Source of the DNA: Atractiella rhizophila
Taxonomy: Eukaryota
Direction: 5' to 3'
Assembly (NCBI GenBank): GCA_021432655.1
Contig: MU271476.1
Location: 1-57,261 of the forward strand
Length of the DNA: 57,261 nucleotides
The stretch's first letter is position 1. Each line of letters starts with the position of its first letter. Shown here piece by piece: positions 25,420 to 37,220 of this stretch. The position numbers and the translations under genes are program-made. Under the pieces are notes generated by a model. It was not told the DNA's origin, did no database searches, and was given only the letters and a program-made list of their open reading frames with translations.

Positions 25420-26809
25420 TCACAGCGCGTCGAGTTCTCGCAAAACCTGCTCAGTTGTCTCCCGCAGCTCATCTATCGTCCGCTGATTCGTTGCATGCTT
25501 CGATGGAGTATCGATCTTGCCGAAAGGTGTGAGATACACGCCCTTGTACGCATCGCGATCCAGGCCAACCTTTGTTCCGGCAGCCGCAAACGCGGACGTC
25601 ATGGCGCCTTGTTCAGACGTGACAGTGAATGTGGGCAGGATGAGCTTTCCAATGGGCTGCATTATTGACGGCATCGATCCGACGAAGAAGTGGCGCTGTG
25701 CAGGTGTATCGACGGTACCTGGGTGGACACTAAGGCAGGTAATGGGGACGTTTTCTTGGTCTAGCCTGCGTTGCAGATCGTTGCAATGCAAAATATTGGG
25801 GAGTTTGGAATTTCCTGATAGACGAGCGAGTAGATTAGCGGAGAGTCAATTTGAGGGTGGGAGAGGCGATCTTACCGTAAGTTGTTAATCGTCCCATGAA
25901 AGAGTCTCCGAATTCTTTGTTGAGATATTGGCGCCCTTTGAATGATCCTATCGTTGGAAAGGTATGGGCGGCGGAAGAAACCTGGAGGCATAAAAAAGTC
26001 GGTGAAAGGTGCCCAATGTAACTATACTTACATAGACAATCCTGACGTCGGAATCTGGTTTCGCGGCTGTGCTTTTTAGGAGAGGAAGGAGGGCTTCGGT
26101 GAATGCATAAGGGCCGAGGTGACTTGAAATGATGGGTAAGGGGCACGATTCGATTGGAGTGGAACGTTCATACTTTATGACCATGACATCTAGAAGGCCG
26201 TTGGAATCCAACTGATATGATCCAGATTCGGGGCCTCTGAATTCAGGGAATATCATCGTCGTTCTTTGAGAATATTTGCAAAATGTAGAAGCTCACTTCG
26301 CAGCGTTGTTTACTAGATGAGTGTAAATTTACCTGTGAATACGAAAACAAGGAGACTCACCGAGGATGTCGAGGCGATTTTCAATCTGCATGAATTTTTC
26401 TGCTGAATATTTCGCCGATTTCGGATCCGCGAGGTCGAGTTGAAGGAAATGCAAGGTGCCATCATTTATGCCTTCTTCTTTCAATTGCTTGATCGCTTCC
26501 GAAACGCGATATTCACTCCGAGCGGCTAGATAGACCTTTTGAAAAGCATCATCACAATCCTGTCAGCGGAGAACCAGCTATAACGACAAGCCTTGACTTA
26601 CTTTGGCACCCTTGCAGACGAGGAACTGTACCGTTCTCATCCCTATTCCACCGCTGGCAATGGGTGTTATCAATAAAGTCCATGCTTGGAGTCAAGCAGG
26701 ACGTTACCAATAGAGCATGTACTTACTTTCCACCGGTGACGATAACTACCTTGCCATGCAGGTCGTTCAGATCGTCGCCTGATATCGCTTTATTTTTGCA
26801 GAAAGTCAT
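25420..26809 (-). CDS. Short-chain dehydrogenase/reductase (retinol-dehydrogenase/WWOX-like), multi-exon
   Basis: DLHGKVVIVTGG..GGIG, VYLAARSE, FLQLDLAD, RLDIL..NNAA, HLGPYAFT, RIV..VSS..AH, KLPNIL and SVHPGTVDT. Confidence 0.9.
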
Positions 26810-27287
26810 CGCTGTGGATGTGGTACGATCTCTGTGATAGACACCTGATTCGAGATTCCAAGTGAGCTTTAACGCCTCACTGAGTACTGCTTTCGCCAAT
26901 ATATATATTGGATGTGCAGGAAGATTTGTCGCTATCCCCTCGTCATTCGGCCCGCGTTGTTCCATCTTGAGTCGCGTAGCTGTGCGATGAACTGGGGTAC
27001 AAACCGTCGACGACTGAGATTACGCGTCTTCGACATTGCTCTGATGGGGTCCGTGGGAGGTTTCTGCGAATTACTAGGTGGATGTTGATACTCGAGTACT
27101 CGCGTACCTACGATACCGATGAGATAGGGGCAAAGGAGGCCTCTCAGCTGCACACTCAGAAGCACATATTGCAGTCCAAGTCAAACCACGTCTGTGACCG
27201 AAATGTCGCTAGCTCTCTGACAAATAGGTAGCCCGCTTACGTTTACCATCTGCCCTTCATTGGTCTCGGAACATGAGGGCTATCTTA

Positions 27288-27435
27288 CAGTCATTTGCAA
27301 AATTAATGTTGTTGCTGCTCGTCGTCAACTTCGTGCCTGCTAACTTCCGCGTTACAAAGTGGCGCAGACTATGCTCCAACAAGTGGCCGGCATGAAGTTG
27401 ACGACGAGCAACGACACTAATTTTGCAAATGTCTG
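27288..27435. mobile_element. 148-bp Tc1/mariner-type MITE with ~55-60 bp imperfect TIRs and TA target-site duplication
   Basis: TA|CAGTCATTTGCAAAATTAATG...CACTAATTTTGCAAATGTCTG|TA. Arms at about 27288-27346 and 27381-27435. Confidence 0.8.
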
Positions 27436-27898
27436 TACCATCGGGGTCATTGATTTTGTGGACATTATTCCATCCTCTTCATGCGTACAGGTGCATGAAA
27501 CCTGCGTGTCACCTTACTCGAGTAGAGTACATGTTCTTGTACACGTCAATTCATTTTCGTATGCCCATGCCACATACTACATACTCTCCGAGCTGCACTA
27601 CTTGCACCACAGCAGATTGACGTCCGACAGAAGGAGTCTTGGGTTTGCAAAGTCTCACACACTGAACACTCCTTTGAGAACTTGTACAAACGGACAGGTG
27701 GCCATCAGCAACATTTTGCTATAAATGTGCCGCAAACATCGAGAACATCTCCGGGATGGTCCAAACTTGGGCACGTCGTGACTAGGTGTATGTTCCTGCT
27801 GGACGCTCATTACTGCATATCCAGTCCCCACCGCATTTTGTTTGAACGAACGACCCATCATTGATTCATGTCCACCGCCATGCGATCGGATGGCGCCT

Positions 27899-28609
27899 CG
27901 TTTATTAGAACCAAAGCGTATCCTTCGCTGGTTCCTCATTCAGAAGGAGTGACATGGGGCAGCCTCGAACGTCAGGTCGAGAGGTATCGTGGAGCTTGGT
28001 CGACGTATAGTGGAGTGAACGCATCTAAGTGGCAACACCAAGTCTGGCAACCGGCAACCTTATTGCAGGACGTCTGCCTGCTGTTCACTTTAGACGAGGG
28101 CATCTGCACCACACGTGATTGGGAAAGGTGGTTGCTCTGTGAACAGAAACAGCACTTCTGATCTCTTCCGAGACATCTATCGACGTGAGGAGACTCTCGG
28201 CGTTTAGAAGTTAAGTTTCTCAGAATCCTGTGTGTCAGTAGTGGTACAATCGTGAGTCTCATGATATGATGAACCTCTCATTCCGAGTCAAGTAAATGTT
28301 TGTTCATTGTTTAATCTTAGAAGGCGTCGTTCCTCATCTCACTCTAATATCTTTCCTCGACCAAGTCGTGCGGACAATGGACACCACTGCCGTACTCCCT
28401 GCACTCCCTGACTTGAGCAATATTGACGGCTCCATTGATGTCATGACGGGCTATCTCGAGCTTTGGCTGCAAAAAAATTGCTCCGTCCTTCGTCTTGATG
28501 GTTCCAAACAAGACACGATGCGTATCGAGAGCATAGAACAAACCATGCAGTTTCTCGTCAAAATTCGGACGATTCATCGCCTTGATTCTGATAAAGGTCG
28601 CCTTGATTT
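27899..28609. repeat. Segmental duplication copy 2, including a frameshifted 5' stub of the NYN gene (ATG 27955, minus strand)
   Basis: Co-linear with 22745-23487. The stub reads MSLLLNEEPAK, then frameshifts, and homology ends at ~27899. Confidence 0.95.
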
Positions 28610-29128
28610 TGGTGGGCAGCGACTCATCTTTGTTTGGGGTTTTGAAGCATATCGTTGAGGCCCTTTCCCGCGTCTTGAAATCTTTGAATGCGACTTTAGA
28701 GCAATATAGAGCTTATGTGTTCAATTCTCGAAGCAATTTCGCCAACTATTCAAGATCTCTCGCTTCACTGCTGGTATTGCGAATCTGAAAGTCGCTGGGA
28801 CAAGTTTTTTGCCCTTCTTGGAAACTGCAGCAGGTTGATCCCATTAAAACTTGGGGGGATGAGACTGAAGGATTCTGCTGTCCTATTCCGACACCCAATA
28901 CAACGGTTTAGTCTAGAAGGATGTAAAGGAAAAAGCCTCGATTGGGGTGTGTGGAGAACATCTCTGAAAACGAGCCATATCAGGGCTGTGACACTGGATT
29001 CAGAGTCCTATGCCAGCTCGATCGCCATCACAGAGAAATGGAGTTCCACGAGATCAGCTCTTGTCAAGTATTGCCAGGGGAAAGGTATCAATTTGGTGTT
29101 TCCAAAGAAATATCGTCGCACCGGGTAA
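28377..29128 (+). pseudogene. Internally deleted F-box/LRR-like gene (duplicated N-terminus fused to a C-terminal LRR-like part)
   Basis: The N-terminus matches the 23256 copy up to KGRLD, then the sequence switches to IQDLSLH...IQRFSLEGC...IRAVTLD...YCQGKGINLVF with frame breaks. The F-box itself is absent. Confidence 0.55.
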
Positions 29129-29412
29129 TCTATTCCTCTAAATTTCATGAAAAGATATATAAATGCAAGTAAGCTCTCCCTTGCCTTAAAGGTTCCTATT
29201 GCATCCTGCATACCCCTGCTTCTATAGGCTGCTCTGTCAACAGCACAGCCAGGAGGAACAAGTAAGTTTTTCATGACGCCCGCGAACGACGGCAGCCATT
29301 TTTCGATTCGGATTGCAGCGCCTATTTCTCAATGTCATCAGTGTGACTATGAAAACAGCGGACTTGCCTCGTATCTCACCCGCTCCTCTGTGGTCAACTA
29401 AATGAACTTCAG

Positions 29413-31609
29413 TCAGTCCTTCAAGAATAAACTATCGCCGCTCACCTGACTGAGATGGATTAAGCCAAAGGGACACGAATGGAGTCCGCCTTTCTTTGGA
29501 TGGAAAACGGGGCAAATGATCCTTTCACCTTGAAAACAAGATCTGTGCAACGCCTGTAGATTGTACAGGACGCGCTGTCCTTCGTTCAGCTGGTAGTCGT
29601 GACTCGCACGTTCGATTCGATGCACTCTATCACACTCTATCGTAGAGCCATCGACGAGATTCAAGAAGTAGTGACGATGACAAAGGGGAGGATCGTGCGC
29701 AATAAATGGCTGAGATGGTTGAACTGTCAGAAACTGAAGACGAGAGAGACGGCAGTGGCAGAACAGCACCTTGTCTGAATCGAGAATCAACGTTGGGCGA
29801 GGAAGATTCATGGGACAGCGATTGGTCACTTTCCCAACACAGTACCTACTGCCTGAGCAGTCGAAGTGTGACCATCGCTGCGAAAAATCGATCCTTTGAT
29901 CGGCCGTCAGAGTATAGTTGTGACTGTATCCGCAAGAGGGATTGGAACACCAAGCTTCACCACCGCTGTGGCCTCGAGCGAAGTAATAGAACTCGGGACA
30001 CAATGGTGGATTCTGCCTGGTCAATGGCTGTAGAGAATTAGACAATAGATTAGCAATTAACCAAGTAAAGCACCTTAGATATGTCGATTTGAGTTGTCGA
30101 AGCGTCAGCGTCTTTCCCGGAACCTGTCATTCCCTTGAACCTCAAATTATTAATTGGAGCCAGTGAATGGATTCAAGATTCGCACCTGCGAGGTAGTTTC
30201 CACTTTCTCACAGCTCGGGTCAAGCTGGTCAACATCTTCTGATTTGACACATTGATCCAGAAAGGGCTTTTTCTCGTCCTATCACAATTTCAACGCAAGA
30301 CGAGATGAGGCATGTTCGCACGGGAGGGCTGCCCACCAGAGCTTCAAGCTGAACTTTCATATCAGGTTTAGAGGAAGCTTCGAGTTTTTGAGCCAAAAGG
30401 GGGAATCGTGGTTCTTCAATGTCATCGGGCTGCAGCAGACAACTTAACTGGCGACCGCGTGCAGACACGAGCAACAAACTAGGATATACTCTGCTTGAAG
30501 CTGAGCGAGAGATTCCTTTGATGATATCAGAGCAGAAGGAGCATCCATAGCCATTGACGCAGACTTGGTTTTATCACCGAGGACGCGAGTCGTACTTGGC
30601 TATGTGGACTCCATTTCAGCAAAGCAAGTTACGAACCAGAAGGAGATGGCTCTACATTTGAAAGCATAATCTGAAGAATGTCTCGTGATGCTTGTCGCTC
30701 GAACTGTCCATCTCTCGACACATTCCAACGCTGAGTTCATGTATAAGTCTCGCGATAAGAAGGAAGGTAAGAGCAGACCTTCTTCTTTTTTGGCCTCTCA
30801 GTTTCGTCCTCTTTATCTTGCACACTTTCTACCGTCGCTGTCCACTCTGTCAGCGCGCACTTCCTTTCCTAAATGGTAATCATTTGTCAACGAACCAGTG
30901 CTTCCCAGAGGTAGTTTCTGAAGCACGGCGCATCCTTTCCCGTCCACTACTTGTAGATTCAAGCATCGTATCGATGCCGGGAGATGCGTGCGAGACATCG
31001 TGAAGAGTCGCACTTGCTGGGCAAGCACCTTGGCACGTTGGAGGAGAGGAGCATATCGCTCTTCGTCCATGCCTATGAAAAGGACAGCGCGACAGAGGTC
31101 ATGCGGAGCTTGAGTTTCAATGCAGACTAGCATCACAAGCAGTGCGCATGAGGTCAGAAAGAAGTTGACGCTGACTAGGGAGGAAAGGCACACGTTTCAC
31201 TCGTCTGTAAATGGATTCAGGACCTTCCCACACCTCATTCATGCTGAACCCATCTACCTCCTTTCCAAATGTGCTAACAAAGAGGTTCACCCTCTTGACG
31301 GGGGCCTTGTCTATTCCTTCCTTTTCCAACCAGTGAGTCAGGGTATCCCGCCGCCAAAAATATTGAACAATGAGCCTGTCAACGACTGGGAGAGAAAGTG
31401 ACGTGCTGAGCCATGAATGTAGTTCGCGGGACGCAACAGCTCCGGAGTCCTCAATCGTCTTGTCGAAAAATTTGGGATAGAACTGGTCCTTCTGCTTAGA
31501 TGAGGGAAGAAAGGAGCTAAGACGAGCAAACCGCGTAAGAATCGCCATTTATCAGCACTAGCGCATATCCTTCAAGATTTGCTTCTTCCTGCTCAGGAAG
31601 CGATGACAT
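29413..31609 (-). CDS. NYN/PIN-like + tandem CCCH-like protein, paralog B (linker 30045-30813 may be disrupted)
   Basis: GYALVLINGDSY, FWRR, FVSTFG, HDLCRAVLFIGMDEE, AQQVRL and PPLCPEFY...C...C.YSHNYTLT are shared with paralog A, with the same first two intron positions. Confidence 0.65.
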
Positions 31610-32219
31610 GTCACAGCTGAGGACTTGAACTGGAAGGAGGTTCCACGACAGAGTGTTTTGCCTGTTTGGAGATGCTTTGCACATTGGCGTCGTTAGTTGC
31701 ATACATATGCAGATATCTGCATGTTGTGCAGAGCTGAACCCGACCTGATTCTCCTGCTGCCCGCTGAATTTGAGTCAGCCTGTAATGGAACGGGAAGGAA
31801 TATTTATCAATAATCCTGCGCTGTCTCTTTGAGTGTTGTTGAAGGCAGGGGAATAGGTGTGATACAGTCCTGTCCCACTAATATGCCGCAGGATTGATTT
31901 GGTAGTTAGTTGCTCGATAGGTCCTCGAGTTGAGACACGATTAAGGGAGGAATACTGATGTGCAATCCAAAACAACAACTGTGATTCCAAGAGGAGTAAG
32001 AACACATCAACCAACAGGTACATATCTACATAGACGGACGAAGTGCAGCCATGCGATGGATTCCTACTGACTCTCATTGAGACACATTACGAAGGGTATC
32101 CGGAGTTCAAGAAGAGAGAATATCCAGTTTCACAGTTGGTTGAGCGTTGAGAAAAAAAAAACGATGGAATGAGAAAATCGAAAGGAAATGAAACTAAAAC
32201 GAAACGAGGGAACAAATCT

Positions 32220-35200
32220 TCAATCCCAATCCAAGAAGTTGCCAGCTTTGGCATTCCATTTGCCCTGAGGTCTGGCCGCGAATTTTGCGTCATCGTTAGG
32301 CTCCTTCCTCTTCAACCATCCCCTCTTCGCTTTTTTAGGTGTCTCGTCCTTCCAAGGCTCTCTCAACTCGGGTTCCACTATCGCCACCACCCCTGGGACG
32401 CCAGGAAACTGCTTTCCAAGGTCCGCCCACCCGCTGAATGAACTTCCGGGTGAATGATTCGGAGTTTGATTAGGCGGGCTGAGGAGTGACTGCCTCCGTG
32501 GAGGGATTTCAAGCAAGGTGTCGTTGGATGCGGAGCGATGAGTAGCGACGCTCGCAGCGAAAGCCGAATAGGGATGGTTCGTCAGGGAAAAGGTGCTGGT
32601 AGAAGAGCCAGGAGAGTCATCGTCTGGTGTGTAACGATTCTGAGGGGTGTAGGCGCGGATGTGGTAGTCAAATGGCGCGCGATTTTCGGGGGTTGGTCTC
32701 AAGGAGCCTTGTGAATTGTACGACCGAAGTGCGTTGGAGATCCCCTTTGGAGAATGTGGAGGTGTTAACGAATCTCGATAAGATATTTTTGGTTGTTTGG
32801 TATTCTCACGACGAGAGTGGGCACTGTAGAAGTCTTCATCCTCTTCCATGATCGAGTACGAATAATTCTCTTCTCTTCGGTAGCGATGATTGGCTGGAGG
32901 GGGAGAGCGAGATAATGGAGGATCCAACGAATAGTCGAGGGTATTGGAACGTTTTCGGCTGCCCCCGCTGGAGCCGCTCGCTACCGAAGCGACATTGGAG
33001 ATGGAACTGAAAAGAATTCAGAGCATGCTTTTTTGAAAAGAGAAGGACTCACTCTGAAGGTGTCAGACTGTATGCAACATCTTGTTTGAACTTTTTGCCA
33101 CCCTTCGATCGCTGTTGAAAGTATTCCGCCTCCTTATATTTTCCCTGGCTCTCGATCCTCTGCTCCATCGCGCGTCTCCCACGACGTTCGGTAAGGTCCT
33201 GAGGCTCTTCCTCTTCGTCGTAATAGTACATCTTTGGAGCAATGCCGCCATTCATATACGCCTGAATGATGGCCTGGAAGTGTGAGCTCTGACGACCATG
33301 CTTTGACGATGGCGAGTCGTAACTGCTTGGAAGCCTTCCAGGATCATCGTCAGGGGATCCAATCTCATCATCACCTCCGTCTTCAAAGTCGAAGAAGTCC
33401 ATCTCTCCGTGTCCTGTCCTTTTCACATCTACTTCTGAGGGTGTCTCCTCCGCGACAGGGTCATTCTTCCCCTCCAAAGCCTCAAGAGCAGCGTTCCTAT
33501 TCCTCTTCCTCGTTGTACTGCTAGCCATTGAGTTCTTCCTCGAGCTCAAGTATTTCGAGCTCTGGTCCGACATCGACAACTCTTCTTTGAAGGAGGGTGT
33601 AGCCTCAGTTTTGGTTGGAGATCCAGGAATATGAGCAAGGAACGAGGCCCGCTTGACCTTTCGCATCCGCTCCCGGTCGGTCTTGACATCTAGAGGAAGT
33701 TCAGGGACAGGAGGAGGAGGCGAAGGAGGCTTCGGCATGTCTCCATTTACATTGGACACTGGAATGGAAAGTGTGGACGGTGAGAGAGAGACCATCCTAC
33801 CGGCGTCACCTTTCACGGTACGGAAGGTGGAGCTAGTCCCATTCCGACTATTTCCTGGACTCATGGGCACAGAAGTAGGGAGAGGTCGCATTTCCCCAGT
33901 CTCGATAGATTTGCGGCGAGCGTTATGTTCCTCTTCGCTGATGGGAGGAGCAGGTAAAGGAGCAGACGGTGCCGTTGAGTGGGAGGGCGGAGCATGAGTG
34001 GGCTTGAGAATAAAGTTTTTAAGCTTCCCTTTCGGGTTACCATTCTCATCGAGTGAGTCTGCCGTGGAAGGACGACGACCGTCTGCGGGGAGATTTGGGC
34101 GAACGACGCTCACTCTCTTTCCGCCGCGCGTGAATGGAGTGATGACGGTGGTCTGCGACGGTTTGACACTATCGTTAGAGGGAGATGACACCATGAGAGT
34201 TGGCTGTGGACTGTCCACCTCTCTTGCCGCAAGATTTGGAGTCGGAAGCGGAGGAGGTGGTTCCGGGGACTTGAACACTTTCTGACTTCTATCATCGACC
34301 TCAATCAGACACCATTTCAGCATAGTAAGATTAAAGTGTACCTAGGCTTTGGTTGTTCTTCCTCCTCATTCCCCTCGACGATGCGATGCATCTTCCTCGG
34401 CGCCTGACCAGCCAATTTTTGTGCCCAATCCCATCCCTCCAGCCCCTCGAAAATCTGACTATCATCCTCCATCATTTCTTCCTCCCGTTGTTTCTTCTTC
34501 TTGCCCGTCTTCGCCCTACCCTTATCACCCGAATTCGTTGAACTCGAGCTCCCCATCCACTCATCATCTCTCTCCCTCGCCGTATTACTCCGCTCCTTCT
34601 CCCTCTCTTCTCGGTACTCAAACTCGTCAGGAAAATAGCTCCTCCGCTGCCTAAAACTCTCATTCGCCAAAGCCCCCAAGTTAACGTCCCCAGCCAAATC
34701 ATCTCCGAAATCCGACTCCATGCCGCTCAACAAATTAGCGAGGTCGAATCCCAATCCGATAGGCGCCTGACTCTCCCTATTTTTCTGTTTCTGGTTGTGC
34801 ATTGGGATAGTTGATGGAAACATGGGAGGCGTAGCACCATTTTTTGATGCTGACACCGGAGGAGGAGGGGGCAGCCCAGCCGGCGGTGGTTTCGGCGCTG
34901 ACAATGTGCGTTTGCGTATGGGAAACTTCCCGTCGTCGAGTGAGGGAATCGACGGGGAAGGGGAAGGATGGGAAGGATTTGGACTGCTCGTCATTGCGGT
35001 AGATGCCGAATCGGGAGGTAGGTGTTCAGATTGATTGAGAGAGCTGGCAGGTGAAGTAGATGAGGAGTTGGGCATAAGAGGGATCGTGATTCGTGGTTGA
35101 AGTGAGCGGTTGGAGGAACCAGCGGGGGAAGAAGTGGAACTTTTGGGTGGTGGAGGAAGGGGGACAGGCGCTTGTGGTGGTGGTTGAGTAGGTCCATTTC

Positions 35201-36805
35201 GCCTTAATGATGCTTTGACGGAGATTTGGGGGTGGTATTTTGGTTGTTCTGGATTTTGACGAGTTGAAGGGAGGGTAATCGGCATCGGTTCAACCATCAT
35301 CGTTCGTGTGTTGAACGCCATCCCACCTGGTAGACTCTTGCTAATGCGGCGCTTCTGAGGAACGTTCTCTTCCTCATCTTCCCTCCTCACTATCTCTCTC
35401 TCCAGGGGCGAGTCCTCCTCCATATCCAGTTCTCTCTCCGGCACAACACCCATGTCCGATGCGCTCTTGATCATTCCAACACTTCCCCTCTCCTCCCTTT
35501 CCAGCAAAAGTCCCATATCCGAAAAGCTCTTTCCCATCCTCGCACTCCCAACGGCCGAGATGGACGGGCTGACAGGTTCGAGAGCGGAAGGGGGGGTGAA
35601 TGGGACATCGGCTACAGGGGCCCTCAAGGGTCTATTAGGATCGATTTTCAATCCTTTCCCCCTTCGTGGCTGGCGAACCTCCAAGGTTCGATGGCGACGG
35701 GACTCTTTGGGCGATGTGGCCGCGGAGAGAGACCGACTTGCAACGTAGGCGTTACAGATCGCGGTCCAGTCGGCGTTCCGCTTCGGGATCGAGGGCTGGG
35801 GAGGTCTAATGGGAGTTGTCGAGCGACGGCGGGGGATATTAGATGCCACGCGTCCGGTGCGTCCCTCCCCATCCCACGCTCGGGCAGCGGAAGTGTGGAA
35901 CCTCTTGCAGGAAGGGGAGACGGCGTTCGAGAGACATTCGATGAAGATGGCGTGAGTGCGGTATGTGTGCGAAGAGGAGGGAGTGGGAAGTTGTGCCCGC
36001 CATGTTGACGGGACGACAGGGAGGGAGAGTCGGTCCGCGAGATCGGAGGAATGGGTGAATTTGTTCGGGACACGGCGGGAGAAGCGCGAAATGGCATGGG
36101 GGAGTAAGAGCGAGTGGATTGGATGGAAGCGTCTGTCAATCCAATACCAAAATCAGTGAGTATTTCTGAAGCTGATTGCTTATCCCGGCAGGCAGACAGG
36201 AATGGCACACAATTTAACGGGATGTACTTTCCCATCCACACGGCGGAGAGTTACCGCTTGACCCTTGTGGTCGCTCAGCTCATGTTCCGCGAAAAACAAA
36301 TACGCAATCCGATCCACAATATAGCTATACAATCGAACCATACATGAGGATAAGCAGCATTCCGTCGGTCGGGGAATGACAATGCAAAAAGGACCACAAC
36401 ATTTCCTTAGCAGCTGTAGGCTAGAAACGTAATAGTTCATGAGGCGACAAGCTTCTCATGGATTCCTTCCGAACTTGAGGCGTTCAGGAAGGTGTGTTGC
36501 CCGCGTCGACCTCGGGAGTGAGGTTAACACTGCAGCGGTGGGATATTCTTGTTTCCACATAGAAAAAAGCACATTCAAACTTGAAGAATGATTCTCCAGT
36601 CCCATAGCTAGCCAAAATGTCGACTGGTAAAACCGACAAAAGAAAACGCACCATCCTCCCAACCCACTGCCTTCCCTCTGCCTCCCTTACCGTCACCAGA
36701 GCCGTCCATCCCACTTCCATTCCCACTCGACCCTCCCTTTTCCTTCTGCTGGACCGACCCTGAACCCGAAGGAGGGATCGGCGACACAGCTCTCCGCTTG
36801 AACAT
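32220..36805 (-). CDS. Large Pro/Ser/Arg-rich, mostly low-complexity protein of unknown function, multi-exon
   Basis: Long ORFs (34317-35849, 33049-34323, 32220-32927, 35648-36241) can be joined by short GT-AG introns, e.g. gttcgc...ctaatag giving IEPWR|PLRAP. Confidence 0.75.
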
Positions 36806-37220
36806 TCTCAATTCGCTCCTCCGAGTTCGACTCCAATTTCTCCTCCTGCGCTCGACTAACGACGCATGAAACGGCGAGCGACTGGGACGGACTGGCTCGC
36901 TGGAGAAAGTCCTGGTATAAATAGAGGAATGGTCGCGGTGGCAGAACTTTCTGGCCAGAAAGACTTGTTCCCTCGCTTGCCTGCCTTGGACGTTTCGCCT
37001 TATCCGACCGTCTGTCCGTCATCGCTAAATAGGTGGCTAAGGTACCACTAAGGCGCTGGGGAGAAAATAGCTCAGAGAATGCATTAGAACGAGGAAAACG
37101 AGAATGTCCATTTGGGCGTCGCGTTTGTAAAGACAGACTTTCAACTCTCAGTACTACTGTAGTATTCACATCGAATGGAATCAACGGGAATCACTCGATC
37201 AAGGTCGATCAGAGAAAAGA

